Source of the DNA: Chiloscyllium plagiosum
Taxonomy: Eukaryota
Direction: 5' to 3'
Assembly (NCBI RefSeq): GCF_004010195.1
Contig: NC_057718.1
Coordinates: 94,411,205-94,475,204 of the forward strand
DNA: 64,000 nucleotides
The notes below the pieces were generated by a model. It made no database searches. It was not told the DNA's origin and saw nothing but the letters and a program-made list of their open reading frames with translations. Below are positions 21,160 to 35,289 of the stretch, piece after piece (position 1 is the first letter of the stretch; each line of letters begins with the position of its first letter). Both the position numbers and the translations under genes were made by a program.

Positions 21160-24100
21160 ATCCGAAATGGAGGATGGGAGAAAATTGTGATTGGCGGAGT
21201 TGCTCCTTTTTTGAGGTATTTTCAGTATTGGAGCTGTTTTCCTCGAATTTTGGGAGCAGTAATCACTGTTTTATAAACTGTTCCATTAGAGGCACAACAA
21301 GACAATTATCTGGCCAACAGCAAGACATCAGAATGGTGTGTTGCCTCCCTGGATCCAGAATCAAAGATCTCTCAGAAAGGGTGTAGAATATTCTCACAGA
21401 GGAGTGGGACCAGCAGGAGGTCATTGGAAGTGAGAAGCACGAGTTTCTGATGAGGGAATTTAGGAAGGTAGGCAGGAATTTAAAAAGTAGATCATTGAGG
21501 GTAGTAATATCTGGATTACTCCCAGTGCCACAAGCTATGAGGTTAGGAATAGGAGGCGAGAACAGATGATTGCGTGGCTGAGGAGCTGGTGCAGGAGAGA
21601 AGGATTCACATTTTTGGATCATTGGAATGCCCTCCGGGGTAGAAGCAACCTATATAAGAAGGACGGATTGCACCTGAATTGGAAGGGGATTAATATACCG
21701 GGCAGGGAGATTTGCTAGAGCTGCTCCGGAAGATTTGAACTAATAAAGGGTGGGGTGACACTCAGGTAGATAGTGAGGAAAGTGACCAGTTGGGAAGAAG
21801 AGTAAGTCAAACAGACATGGCAGACAGGAACAAGTAGAGAACAAAATAGGACTGATAAATTAAATTGCATTTATTTCAATGTAAAAGACCTAACGAGTAA
21901 GACACAAGAACTTAGGGCATGGGTAAGAATATGGGACTGGGATATCATAGCAATTACAGAGATGTGGCTCAGGAATGGACAGGACTGGCAGCTTAATGTT
22001 CCATGATACAAATGCTATAGGAAGGATACAAAGGGGGGCAAGAGAGGAGGAGGACTGGTGTTTTTGATAAGGGATAGCATTACTGCTGTGTATAGGCTGA
22101 CATTCCTGGGAGTATTTCCAGGGAAGTTATTTAGGTGGAACTGAGAAATAAGAAAGGGATGATCACCTTACTGGGTTTGTAATATAGACCCCCTCAATAG
22201 TCAGCGGGAAATTGAGAAACAAATTTGTAAGGAGATCTCAGTTATCTCTAAGAATAATAAAATGGTTATGGTAGGGGATTTTAACTTTCCAAACATGGAC
22301 TGGGACTGCCACAGTGTTAAGGATGCAGATGGAGAGGAATTTGTTAAGTGTGTAGAAGATAATTTTCTGATTCAATATGTGAATGTATCTATTAGAGAAG
22401 GTGCAAAACATGACCTACTCTTGGGAAATAAGCCAGGGCAAGTGACTGAGGTGTCAGTGGGGCCATTGGCCATAAATATATTAGTTTTAAAGTAGTGATG
22501 AACAAGGATAGATCGGATCTAAAAGTTAAAGTTCCAAATTAAAGAAAGGGGCAACTAGAAAGTGGGGACCTTCCAAAAATGAGATAACGAAAGTCCAGTG
22601 ACAATATGTTCCTGTTAGGGTGAAGGATGAGGCTATTAGTGTAGGGAATACTGGATGGCAAGAGAAATTGAGGTTTTGGTCAAGAACAGTAAGGAAGCAT
22701 ATGTCAGGTATGAACAGCAGTAATCAAGTGATTGCCCAGAATAGTATAAATGCAGTAGGAGTATATTTAAGAGGTCAATCAGGAGGGCAAAAAGGGAACA
22801 TGAGATAGTTTTGGCAAACAGAATTAAGGAGAATTCAAAGGGTTTTTGTAAGTACATTAAGGACAAAAGAGTAACTAGGGAGAGAAGATGGCCTCTTAAA
22901 GATCAGCAAGACCATCTGTGTGTGGAACCACAGGAGATGGGGGAGAAACTAAATGAATATTTTTCATCAGTGTTTACTGTAGAGAAGGATATGGAAGATA
23001 GAAAACGTGGGGAAATAAATAGCAATGTCTTGAAAAATATCCATATTACAGAGGAGGAAGTGCATGATGTCTTAAAATGCATTAAGATGGATAAATCCCC
23101 AGGACCTTATCAGGTGTACCCCAGAATTCTGTGGGAAGCTAGGGAAAAGATTGCTGGGCCCTTTACTGAGATATTTGTATTATCAATAGCTACAGGTGAG
23201 GTGGAAGAAGACTGGAGGTTGGCTAATGTGCTGCTACTGTTTAAGAAAGGTGAAAAGGAAAAGCCACAGAATTATACACCAGTGTGCCTGACGTCGATGG
23301 TGGGCAAATTGCTGGAGGGAATCCTGAGGGACATGTATTTGGAAAGGCAAGGACTGATTAGTTATGGTTGACATGGCTTTTTGCATGGGAATTTGTATCT
23401 CACGAACTTGATTGAGTTTTTTGAAGCAGTAACAAAGAGGATTGATGAGGGCAGAGCAGTGGACATGATCTATATAGACTTCACTAAGGCGTTTGACAAG
23501 GTTCCTCATGGTGGACTGGTTAGCAATGTTAGATCACATGGAATAGAAGAAGAACTGACTATTTAGATACAGAACTGGCTTGAAGGTAGAAGACAGAGGG
23601 CGGTGATGGAGGGTTGCTTATCAGACTGGAAGCCTCTGACCAGTGGTGTGCTACAAGGATTGGTGCTGCATTGACTGTTTTTCATCATTTACATGAATCA
23701 TTTGGATGTGAACATAGGAGGTATGGATAATAAGTTTGCAGATGACACTAAAACTGGAACATGTAGTAGACAGTTGAGAAGGTTACCTCAGATTACAACA
23801 GGATCTTGATTAGATGGGCCAATAAATTCTGATGAATGGCAGATGGAGTTTAATTTAGATAAATGTGAGGTGCTGCATTTTGGGAAGGCAAATCAAAGCA
23901 GGACTTACACACTTAATGGTAAGGTCCTGGGAAGTTTTGCTGAACAATGAGACCTTGGAGTGTGGGTCCATAGTTCCTTGAAAGTGAGTCACAGGTAGAT
24001 ATGATAGTGAAGAAGACATTTGGTATGCTTTCCTTTATTGGTCAGTGCATTGAGTAAAGGAGTTGGGAGGTCATGTTGCAGCAGTACAGGACATTAGTTA

Positions 24101-24643
24101 GCCACTACTGGAATACTGCATGCAATTCTGGTCTCCTTTATATAGGAAGGATTTGTAAAACTTGAAAGGGTTCGGAAAAGATTTGCAAGCATGTTGCCAG
24201 GATTGGAGGGTTTGAACTTTGGAAAGAGGCTGCATAAACTTTTTTTTTCCCAGGAGTGCAGAAAGATGAGGGGTAATCTTAAAGAGGTTTATAAAATCAT
24301 GAAGGGTATGGATAGTATAAATAGACAAGGTCTTTTCCCCAGGTGGGGAAGTTCAAAACTAGAGGGGTTAAGTTTAAGCTGAAAGGGGAAAGATTTAAAA
24401 GGCGCCTGAGGGGCAAAGTTTACATGCAGATGGTGGTGTGTGTATGGAATGAACTTCTAGAAGAAGTGGTGGAGACTGATACAATTACAACATTTAGAGA
24501 GTATCTGGATGTGTATAAAATAGGTTTAGAGGGATATGGGTCAAATGCTGGCAAATGGGACTAGATTTATTTCGATATCTGGTCAGCATGGACAAGTTGG
24601 ATTGAAAGGTCTGTTTCTTTGCTGTATATCTCAATGAGTCTAT
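21160..24643 (+). mobile_element. Near full-length decayed CR1/HER1 LINE (ORF1 SGNH esterase, APE endonuclease, RT)
   Basis: RMVCCLPGSRIKD and DGLHLN (ORF1), VGDFNFP (EN), IDFTKAFDKVPH and KFADDTK (RT), 3' tail. Many stops. Confidence 0.92.
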
Positions 24644-25294
24644 CTGCATACACCATCTAACTATGTTTAAAAATCTTCTTGTTTGTTTTTTGTTACATAT
24701 TTACTTGAATTTATCTATTTTAAATTTGTGTCCACATTTAAAAGCAGCATCACGCTGTAATTCTAATCTTCTATAATAACCCAATAAATATGATTAAAGT
24801 AGCAATGTTCCACATGCTTTCTCAGATCCTGCTTGTTAAACCGTAATCAAGGTTTGATAAGTGGCAGCAACAAGCAAGGGTCCTGACAGATGGAATGATT
24901 GCAGTCAAATTGTGATGAACAGGATAAGCCACATTTCTGAATACTGAGGTCAGATGTCACCTAAATGTTTCCCTGGGGTATTTACTGGAATTATTACATG
25001 TGACTCAGCTTCCCTTCTGAGTTTTTGCCACAGAGAAGCCCCAGTACTCCAAGCTGCTTGGCTTTACAAAATAAAGCAGATTTTGCCATTTAAATACAAA
25101 TAGTATAAACACATAAATATAAGAATCAGTAGAAAGTGCATGATATTAAAATGTGGATTGGACTAGATCTAATCATCTAGTTATATTATTGCCCACCCTC
25201 CAGCCCCATTTTCTTCCAACCTCTTTGTGCTCTTGACTTGTTCAATGCAGCGTGAAATTACATACAATGAACAGCTCAGAAAAGAAGACATTAC

Positions 25295-25420
25295 AGATTA
25301 GATTACATTACAGTGTGGAAACAGNNNNNNNNNNNNNNNNNNNNNNNNNNNNNNNNNNNNNNNNNNNGGTCTCTGGCGCTGTGAGGCAGCAGTGCTAACC
25401 ACTGGGCCACCGTGCCGCCC
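25295..25420 (-). mobile_element. HE1-like SINE collapsed around a 43-N gap (25325-25367)
   Basis: Tail on the left, head (caccgtgccgccc) on the right of the gap. Confidence 0.85.
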
Positions 25421-27479
25421 ACTCAACAGTTCAGTTTCAGAATTTATGATCTGTTGAAGCTTCCTCTTCTGTTTCCTTATTTCTCAATGTAACCTTCTTT
25501 GCCACTCTCCCCTACATACTTACATAGCTTTCCTTTAAACATATTGTGCAATCTGGTCAATCATTCTGCATGCTTATGAGCTCCACATTCTCACCACTTT
25601 CTGGGTAAAGAAGTTGCTTCTCAGTTCTCCATTTGATTTGATTAGTGAGGATTTCATAATGCTTTTGAAGAACTGAAACCATCTTGCTTCATTATAAAAA
25701 AGGTAATCAGATGTGCTGAGTGGTATAGTTCAAGCTAAAGATTTTTCAAGACTGAAAGATCTTATTTATTTAACATGATAGTCTTTCACTGAAACACAAC
25801 ATACAATGCTACAAAGTTGGTTTTAACAACAAAACAGAAGTTTATTATGCTAAAGAAATGAAGATAATATGGAATAACTAAACTAGGTACATATAACACA
25901 ATTTGAAAAATTTCAAAATGCACAGTTAAAATACAACCAAGAACAGACATTGCTGGAGATATTCAGCAGGTCTGGCAGCATCTGTGGAGAGAAACCAGTG
26001 TTAACATTTTGAATTAAGGGCCCATATCCATCTTTGAAACAGAGTGAGTGAGCGCCATGACAATGCAAGAAGGCTGTAAATGCAGTCTTGTCAAGTCCAT
26101 GAGCAGGTGTGGGTCCCTGAGCACACAATATCCTTGCTGAAGCATGACAATGATGATTGCTGTGCAACCTGAGGTGCAGAATTGGAATGCAGAACCATCC
26201 TGTACATTGATCAGATGTGCCATGAGGATGGCACATATTGGATGTCAATGTTCATGGACCAGGGATTCATATGGCTGGTGCTCTTGAAGCATATCCTGAG
26301 ACGTTGTTGCCGGTTGTCCAACATGGAGGTCATTTGGGGCAAACTGCAGGCTGAACTCATGAAATACCTGCTCTAGTTTCCACATTGACTGGTTTCAATG
26401 TCTAACTTGTTTGGTAAGATACAAGATGAATATTAATGAGGAGACAGGGTGCATCAACAAAACTTTGACAACCAATAGTCCCTAAATCAGCAACTCACTG
26501 CTGCCCAGTAAGAAACTCACCTCACCGCTTGCAAAAAGCAGATAAGATGGATTAAGAAGCTTTAAAAGTCAAGATGAACCTGTGTGGACATTTTCTCTGA
26601 ATCTGTTACATGTTCCACCATATCTCAGATTGCTCTGACCCCTTAAAAGATTCTGCATGTTTTTTCACTTGTGGGCAAGACGAAAACTAAAGCTAATGAG
26701 TGTAAAACAATCACCCATAGATGTAATCAAGATTGCAGGAGAAACCTCTTTATCCAAAGAATGGTAAGAATGTTGAGGTCACTATCACAAGGAGTAGTTA
26801 TGTTGAATGGTATAAATACAGTGAAGTAGAAACATTAAGAGGGTTGGATGAAGCAGTGGCTGGAGTCTCCTTTTAGGATTAAACAATGGGATAGACCAGT
26901 TTGGCTCAATTGCCTCCATCTGAGCAATAAATTCCAAGTGCTTCCATGTAAAGGTAGACCAACTGTATGGACAGATGAATAAATCACATTTCAAGTTTTA
27001 AATAAAGTCTCAAGGTTTCTTGATAACACTGTTTGAAATAGGAACCTTGCTATTCCTCAAGGCTCAACCAATTCAAGAAGATCATGATTGAAGCCTCATA
27101 TCCTCTCTTTTTTTTTGCACTATGTCCATGCCCTTTGATACCATTAATTTCCCAAAATCTACTGATCTCAGATTTGGAAATGTTGGTTCTTTAGAGAATG
27201 AAATTCAAAATGTTGGTGCATTATTTTATGATACATTAGTGTCTTTTTAAATATAAGTTCATTTATTTATGATTTATCTCTTGGTTCCCATATTAAAGCT
27301 GGGAAAGCAAAATGTCATGCAATTTAATGAGTTAGATCTCCAGTGCATTGCAGTAATGGGTTGGGGTCAGGTCAGTCAGATATAGGTGGACTAAAGGTGG
27401 TTAGATTGGGATGTTTGTTCTGTTCGGGTCCGAACTCTGCTGGTTTAAAGGTGGTCCGGATGGGATGTTTGTCCTGTTC

Positions 27480-27619
27480 ACCCTCCTCTAGCTTATCTCT
27501 CCACGCTTCAGGCTCACTGCCTTTATTTCTGATGAAGGGCTTTTGCCCGAAACGTCGATTTTGAAGCTCCTTGGATGCTGCCTGAACTGCTGTGCTCTTC
27601 CAGCACCACTAATCCAGAA
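27480..27619 (+). mobile_element. Penelope-like terminal fragment
   Basis: Same family as the reverse complement of 46590-46760 and 55866-55956. Confidence 0.8.
27525..27560 (+). ncRNA. Minimal type-I hammerhead ribozyme motif
   Basis: CTGATGA (27529-35), A, stem GGGC-TTTT-GCCC, GAAA, then palindromic ACGT ending in the GTC cleavage triplet. Confidence 0.65.
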
Positions 27620-27997
27620 TAAAGGTGGTTAGAGTCATAAGTAGAGTCATTGAGTTTTACAGCATAGACTGGGGCTCTTCAGCCCATCTTGTCCATGCTA
27701 GTCTTCAAGCATGTCTGTTCTACTCCCATTTTTCAGCCCTTTGCTGGAAACACTCTAGGGGTGTTGCAGGTGATTCGGAGGATGTTGATGGAACACCAAT
27801 TAGTTGAGTTTGATTTGTGCTCCTTTGTGCAAGCAGAACGAAACCTTGAGTAAAATGAAGGATAAAGGCCAGTATCATAGTTATTTATGGGCATTTGGCT
27901 GCAGATGTGGTCAGTTCGACAGGTCAGACCTTGAGCATTACAGTCAAGAAGTTTCTAGGATCCATAAAATTTGCTGCGTCCAGTGCATTCAACCATT

Positions 27998-29257
27998 TAG
28001 AGTCATAGAATCATAGAGATGTACAGTACGGAAACAGACCCTTCGGTCCAACTCATCCATGCTGACCAGATATCCCAACCCAATCTAGTCCCATCTGCCA
28101 GCATCTGGCCCATGTCCCTCTAAACCCTTCCTATTCATATACCCATCCAGATGCTTTTTAAATGTTGCAATTGTACTAGCCTCCACTACTTCCTCTGGCA
28201 GCTCATTCCATACATGTACCTCCCTCTGAGTGAAAAAGTTGCCTCTTAGGTCTCTTTTATATCTTACCCCACTCACCCTATACCTATGGCCTCAAGTTCT
28301 GGATTACCTCGCCCCAGGGAAAAGACTTTGTCTATTTATCCTATCCATACCCCTCATGATTTTATAAACCTCTATAAGGTCAACCCTCAGCCTCCATCGC
28401 TCCAGGGAAAATAGCGCCAGCCTATTCAACCTCTCCCTATAGCTCAAATCCTCCAACCCTGGCAATATCCTTGTAAACCTTTTCTGAAACCCTTTCAAGT
28501 TTCACAATATCTTTCCGATTGGAAGGAGACCAGAATTGCATACAACTTTCCAACAGTGGCCTAACCAATGTCCTGTACAGTCGCAACATGACCTCCCAGC
28601 TCCTGTACTCAATACTCTGACTGATAAAGGAAAGCATACCAAACACCTTCGTCACTATCCTATCTACCTGTGACTCTACTTTCAAGGAGCTATCAACCTG
28701 CACTCCAAGGTCTCTTTATTTAGCAACACTCCCTAGGACCTTACCATTAAGTATATAAATCCTGCTAAGATTTGCTTTCTCAAAAATGCAACACCATGCA
28801 TTTATCTGAATTAAACTCCATCTGCCACTTCTCAGCCCATTGGCCCATCTGATCAAGATCCCGTTGTAATCTAAGGTATCCTGCTTCGCTGTCCACTACA
28901 CCTCCAGTTTTGGTGTCATCAGCAAACTTACTAACTATACCTTTTATGCTCACATCCACATCATTTATATAAATGATGAAAAGTAATGGACCCAGCACTG
29001 ATCCTTGTGGCACTCCACTGGTCACAGGCCTCCAGTCTGAAAAACAACCCTCCACCACCACCCTCTGTCTTCTACCTTTGAGCCAGTTCTGTATCCAAAT
29101 GGCAAGTTCTCCCTGTATTCCATGAGATCTAACCTTGCTCACCAGTCTCCCATGGGGAACCTTGTAGAACACCTTACTGAAGTTCATATAGATCACATCT
29201 ACTGCTCTGCCCTCATGAATCGTCTTTGTTACTTCTTCAAAAGACTCAATCAAGTTT
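27998..29257 (-). mobile_element. CR1/HER1 LINE 3' portion (RT domain)
   Basis: ORF 28780..29253 with SGVPQGSVLGPLLF and KFADDTK. Confidence 0.95.
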
Positions 29258-31657
29258 TGATTGACATGGACATTCTGAGGATGACAGTCACACTCAGATT
29301 ACCTTTTTTGCTCTTTTTTCTCCCCCATCAGGAACTGCTCCACATTTCTATCCAGGAACTCTGGTCCCAGCTCCTTTGGATTTGTGAAGTGCACCTGACA
29401 TCAAACAGTTCCATCAGAGTGTACTGGGGAGGTCAAACCATGCCACCTTTTGCAGCAGTCAGTTTTGCATGTTCTGCGAGTTAAATTTCTAACAGTGAAG
29501 CCAAACACTTTTACAGTCATTGTGATAGGGCAGGTAAGGAATGTGCGGGTTTAAGGTTGCAGTTGGTTAGTGAGGTAGCTTGCCAGCTGAGTAGGGTGCC
29601 AGGTTGGTAAGTTAAGGAATCCTTAGTATAGTTGGGAAGAGGGGACGATGTCAGCTTCCACAGCAGTGCAAAGAGCTGGAAGACAACAGTGAGGCAAAGA
29701 GGTATCAGGAAGAGGTGGTGTCAGAACTGGTGGTTGAGGAGGGTTTATTAGGTCAGGTGCTAATGGAGAGGGTGTTAGGTTCCAGGGGTTTCAGGCTCAC
29801 AGAAGGTTGGGGCTGTGGGGTGCAGGCAGGGTGGGAGTGGGATGGATAGAGGTCCTCTGATCAGGAATTTAGAAGCTAAGTTTTGATGCCATTGTAGATG
29901 AGAGGGATGTGATGAGTCAAAAAGTCAGGATCATAGTTATCCAGCAGTTAGACTGGATTTTTGTACCATCCAAACTTTCCCAGGTAACTGTTAACTGAAG
30001 CCAAACTCTTTGAATATTCTACTTTTAATGGATTCTTTTGGAGGATTCCAGATGCAGGAAAATTGCCTATTAGAATCTTCAATTCTTCAGGCAATTCCCA
30101 GAGTCTTATGAATCTATGATTTCACAGAGCTCCAATATCTAACCCTGTTGTAGCTGCCCATGGCTAAAGTTGACAAGATGGACGGCTGGGGCTTTTTAGC
30201 TAACACAAGATGGCTGAAAGGGGTTGACAGTCACATATAGTAGATATTCACAGCCAGACTTGTGACCTCCATACAGGGTTACTGGATAAAATAATGAAAG
30301 GTCTCAGTGAGAGATGATAGGGGAGTATAGTCAGTGAGGTATCCCTGATGAGGGAGGCACGGATGAAAACCTTTTTTTAGCAAACTAATATAAAAGTTCC
30401 ATTTAATATGGAGTAGAAGGGAAAACTCAGCCCACTTAGTTAAAACATTTTCAGGTAGCGTAATGAAGTACATTCATATGCATATTCATACAATAGTGGT
30501 GGTTTTAGTTTTAGTATCCTTTTAGCTGAATTTGAATACATGCTATTTCATGGGGAAACTTGTGTGAAAAGTATTTGAAGTAAAGACAGTGAGGGCACCT
30601 GAGAATCAAACTTCTGCCTTGAACCAACTCACAGCTACTAATTGGAAAGACTGTTTGATCTCTCCATATGTTAGCCTTGTTAAAGAACTATATAACTTTA
30701 TACATATAACTAATTGTATATTGGGACTGATGTTATAAATTTCATAAGACTTGGTAGAAATTAAATCCTTTTTTACCTCTTATAATCAGAGCAGTGAGAA
30801 AGATAGATTGCATAACAGATTTTAAAAGATCATTAGAGATAAGTTATTGTTAATTAATGTGCTGCAACTAGCAAGTGGCTGAGAAGGAGTGTGGTTATTA
30901 GTATATTGGAATGTGGATAAACACAACATCCCTTGTAAGATCCCAAGGACCGGTGATAATTATGTCTGGTAGCATCATAAGATCATGGGAGGACCTAGAG
31001 CTATCCAAGAAATGTCCATCATTGATCATTTGTTTACAGATTTGGATGTATAGATTGGGGGACATGACTAACAATGACATCAATGTTGCATGTAATCGTA
31101 GTAATGCAAAATGTGTAAAACTGCTGTACTTGACTGGGAAGGGCAAAGTGTTCAGTAGACACTGTTCCAGGAACCTCTCCCATGCTATGGTAAGGAGCTC
31201 TGCTAGACACAGGTTTGCAGACTCCTCTTTGACATCTCTCCCCCTCCAAAATACTCCAATAATTATCTGGCCATTAGAAAAAGATTGATGATTGCCATGT
31301 ACCAACCTGAAGTTCAGCCTGGCTCTCAGTAAACATCTATGTTTGTGACAATAGTTTCATATACACATTTGGACATGTGCCAACATGTTCAATGTTACTT
31401 TGCAACTTGACTCTTTGGAATTATGGCAGTGCATGGCATATAAAGGAATAGCTGTAAGGTTCCTTGAAAGTTTAGAGCAGGTGAGTGTGATGACTATTAC
31501 TATTACAAAGTATTTCACAACCCTTTCCCTTTCTCATTGCCGCTCAAACATCTCATTCCCAAGTGGAACATTAAGATGCTGCTCATCAGTAGATGCCCGT
31601 TATAAATAGGAAGACCTTAGGCTGCTTTCTCACAGGGTGATTACAGATATGGGAATA

Positions 31658-31775
31658 GGGCTGTTGTAGCACAGTGGTATTGTCTCTAGATCTAAGCAAG
31701 GAAATGTGGTTTCAAGTTCCACTTGCACCAGAGATGTGAAATAATATCTCTGAACAGGTTGTTTAGAAAATATCA
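31658..31775 (+). mobile_element. Short tRNA-like SINE head (related copy ~54087-54200 and its mirror)
   Basis: tagcacagtgg A-box, gtttcaagttc B-box-like, shared atctctgaaca block. Confidence 0.5.
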
Positions 31776-31949
31776 ATTCAAATGGAACAATTTCCTCTTT
31801 TCCCCCATTGCCAACTCCATTTTAAATATGGGGAAATGCAACCAAAACTATATTGGTGTGGAGAGATCAGTTACAAGTCGGGCAACACATTATTAAGAAA
31901 GTTATCTCATTTTTAACACAGTTCCATCCGTCACCTCTAGTGATTGTAA

Positions 31950-34432
31950 CCTACATCTGACTTGGAGCAGTTAAATTGCTTAGCAACATCCAAATCAGAA
32001 TGAGTCAAAATAAATGCCTGGTTAAATGGTCACCCGGTTCTAATGTAAGCTGATACAAGCGGTTGTATCAGTGATCGCACAACCTATCTTTGACAAAATT
32101 TGCTCTGGACTCCAACCCTTAGGTTTGCATAAGACCTCGGCAAGACTGAGAAACTTTTAAAGATTAAGGGTACGACTTCAGTCCTGGTCTCGTAGGAGCA
32201 GCAGCTAGTTCACTTATCATTGATTGCAGGAAAACACTCGAGCCCGAGCCTAATGCGGTGAGTATGGTTAAAAACAATTCACCTTGATCAGCTCAACATC
32301 TTTCGACTAGAAAATGGCTGCCTAAGTGAAATCCTAATTAAATTAATAGAAGTTTTTCAGGAAGGTCTAGGAGCCAAGGACACTTTGCAATTTCACACTT
32401 CTACAAGGCCCACCCAGTGCAATTTGCCTTATGTACAAATGTAGAGGTAGAAATCAGAAGGCTGAAAAGTGATGGAATCATCAAACCAGTACAGTTTGCA
32501 GAAAGGGCAGCACCAGTTATACAGATTGTGAAGCCCAATGGGTCAGGTTGTGGGGATTTTAAACAAACGATAAACCATTTCTCGCAGCTGGATAAATATC
32601 CAAGCCCTCACACAGAGGATCTAAATGCTAAATTTCCAGGCAGAGGGCTGTCCTTCATGAAGCTGGACACGAGCCACATGGACCTGCAATTATGGTTAGA
32701 TGACAATTCCCAGATGTATGCTACAATTAATACCCATAAGGATTTGTACCAATTTCTGAGACTGCAATTTGGGGTATCATCAGCCTGTGTGATTTTTCAG
32801 TGGATGATGGAGAACATTTCACAAGGTCTACCCAGGTTGATATTTATCTGGATGACCTGCTAATAACAGGGAAGACCAATAAAGAGCACTTGGAGAACTA
32901 GGATATAGTTCTTAAATGTTTCTCCCAGGCAGGCATACACCTTCGAAAGGAAATAGTGAGTTCCAGGCACCAAGATCAACGTGGGCTACAGAATAGGCAA
33001 CATTAGATTATGCCCATTGGAAGATGAAATGACAGTGATCAAAAGTACCCCAGGTCCCATATCTGTACTGGAGCTTAGGTCTTGTCTTGGATTGGTGAAC
33101 TATTATGGAAAGTTCATTTGTTACCTGGCCTCCATTCTGGCATTCCTACATCTGCTTTGAAAAAGGGTCAGCCTTGCAAATGGTCTTGTAACCAAGAAAT
33201 ACCCTTGAGGGAAGTGAAGAAGCAGCTACCATCATCTAATATGTTGGCACACTCTGATCCGAAGTGAGATCTGGTGATGACATACAATCTCTCCCCGTAT
33301 AATATCGGGCTAATGTTGGCTCATGGATAGCCCATTGGAGAAGAATACCCAATAGCGTATGCTTCCTGGAATTTTGCTGATGCAAAGCACAAATATACCC
33401 AGAAAGAGAAAGAAGGTTTGGTGGCTTTACTTGATGTGAGAAGGTTTCACAAATACCTTTACAGATGTAAATTTGGAATAGTAACAGACCGCAAACCCCT
33501 GCTAGAGCTACTCAAAGAGGACATGGCCATGCCACCCATAGCTTCAGGTCAAATTCAGTGGGGCGTCTCATTCCAAGTACTTTCAATTACAAATTAGAAC
33601 ACCATCCAGAAGGCCAAGTAGCAAATGTGAATGCTTTGAGCCACCTCCTACTGGCCAATACGCCACTAGTGGTACTGCCACAGGAAAAGTCCATTCTGGT
33701 TTTCAACTTTCTAGACACTGTTGTAGTCCCACTGACAATATCAAACTGTGGATGCAAAAACATCCAGTCCTAACAAGACTAAAACAGCTGGTGGGTGATG
33801 GAGGAAACAAAAGGGCTATTACACCCAGAATTGAAATCTTTCTGGACCAGATGAGAACAATCACCACAGAGTATGGCTTTTTATAATGGTGAGCAAGAAT
33901 GATTGTCCTGAGCAAAGTGTGCCACCAGACTTTGGTTGAATTCTGCCAAAGTCATCCAGGGGTTTCCAGAATGAAGATGTTAGCAAGACGTAATGTCTGA
34001 TAGCCAGGATTAAATGCAGGCATAGCCACACTGGTAGGTCAGTGCTCAGAGTGCCAACAAGGATAAAAATTACCACCACTAGCTCCCTATATTTGTGAGT
34101 ATGGCTGGGTTAACCCTGGACTCAATTACACATCAACCATGCCAGTCATTTCATGGGCTCATTGCACTTAGACAATGTGGATGCTCACTCAAAGAGGTTA
34201 GATGTACACAGAATTCATTCGTCAAACATGGGACGATGAGAGAAAACCTGCAAGCATCTTTTGCAATGCATAGGCTCCCAGAATGTTGGTCACAGGCAAC
34301 AGGCCATCATTTACCAGCAGGGAATTTAAATACTTCCTAAAGTCGAAAGGCATTCAACATATCAGGACAGACTCATATCATCCATCGGCCAATGGTCTGG
34401 AAAATGCAATCCAAACTTTGAAGGCAGGCTTA
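31950..34432 (+). mobile_element. Decayed Ty3/Gypsy pol, canonical PR-RT-RH-IN order
   Basis: IKPVQFAERAAPVIQIVKPNG...CGDFKQTIN...INTHKDLYQFLRLQFG, then a YLDD motif at ~32845, RNase H, integrase zinc-finger remnant and a HPSANGL core. Confidence 0.85.
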
Positions 34433-35289
34433 AACTCCTGATAAAAGGTTCCAACCTGAAATGTTGACTCTCCTTCTCACCTCGTGCTGCTTGTCCTGCT
34501 GTGCTTATTCCAGCTCCACTCTTTATCCATTCTGACTTTCCAGCATCTCAAGTTGCTGAAAACCATACTGTGAAGCCTCTACTAAGGATGTCAACCTAGA
34601 AGTTTTCCTCCTCCCTCCACAAAGATCTGAGGGGGTCTCTCTCTCTCTCACTGCAATCCCCTGGTCGTTTCCTTCGTCCTGAAGCTCTTCAACTGCATCC
34701 TGAAAAAATCCCGCTATTCCAGCCATGTCTCCTTCCTCAGCACCTGTCTACCCAGTTGGCTCATCCCCTATGAAACATTCAGACCATCTCAATTTGTACC
34801 AGATAGTGATTACCGTCACCTACAGCAAGTCCAAAGCCTCCAACAATGGTTCTCCATATGGATCCTCAGCTCTTTACTTGCAGCCATGCTCCACCATTTT
34901 CTCTCACTACAGTCAACCCTGTCTCTGCTCAGGGTCTCGCTTTATCAGATCTGCAAAGGCTCCCTGCTGTTCCTGTTACTGTATTGTGGTGACAAAGTGG
35001 GATTTGAGATTTGTCCTAATTTCCCTGAAAATTGGTTGAACGGTAGGGTTTGGGGCCTGGCTTTGCTGCACCTCTTCCTTGTAAATTGCTGTTTCTCTGC
35101 ACACAGTTGTTAATGTTAACTGTTATAAGGAGATTTAGAAATTCCTCAGTTTACAGGACTGACTCTATGATTGCTGGGCCACAGTGAGGGTGTTACTGCT
35201 GCTGATCGTTTCTGTTTTTTTTAGGGAGAACCTGATTCTTAAAATGGCTGGTTTACAAAGCCAGTTTTGATAACTGGTATTCCTTTTTT

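Noticed and set aside
26014..26376. Possible Harbinger transposase remnant
   Set aside because: Only a faint resemblance (GSAFQF...AIIIV). Not supportable without a search.
30898..31305. Overlapping sense and antisense ORFs of 125-135 aa
   Set aside because: No recognisable domain or splice structure. Compatible with chance or a decayed repeat. BLASTX would settle it.
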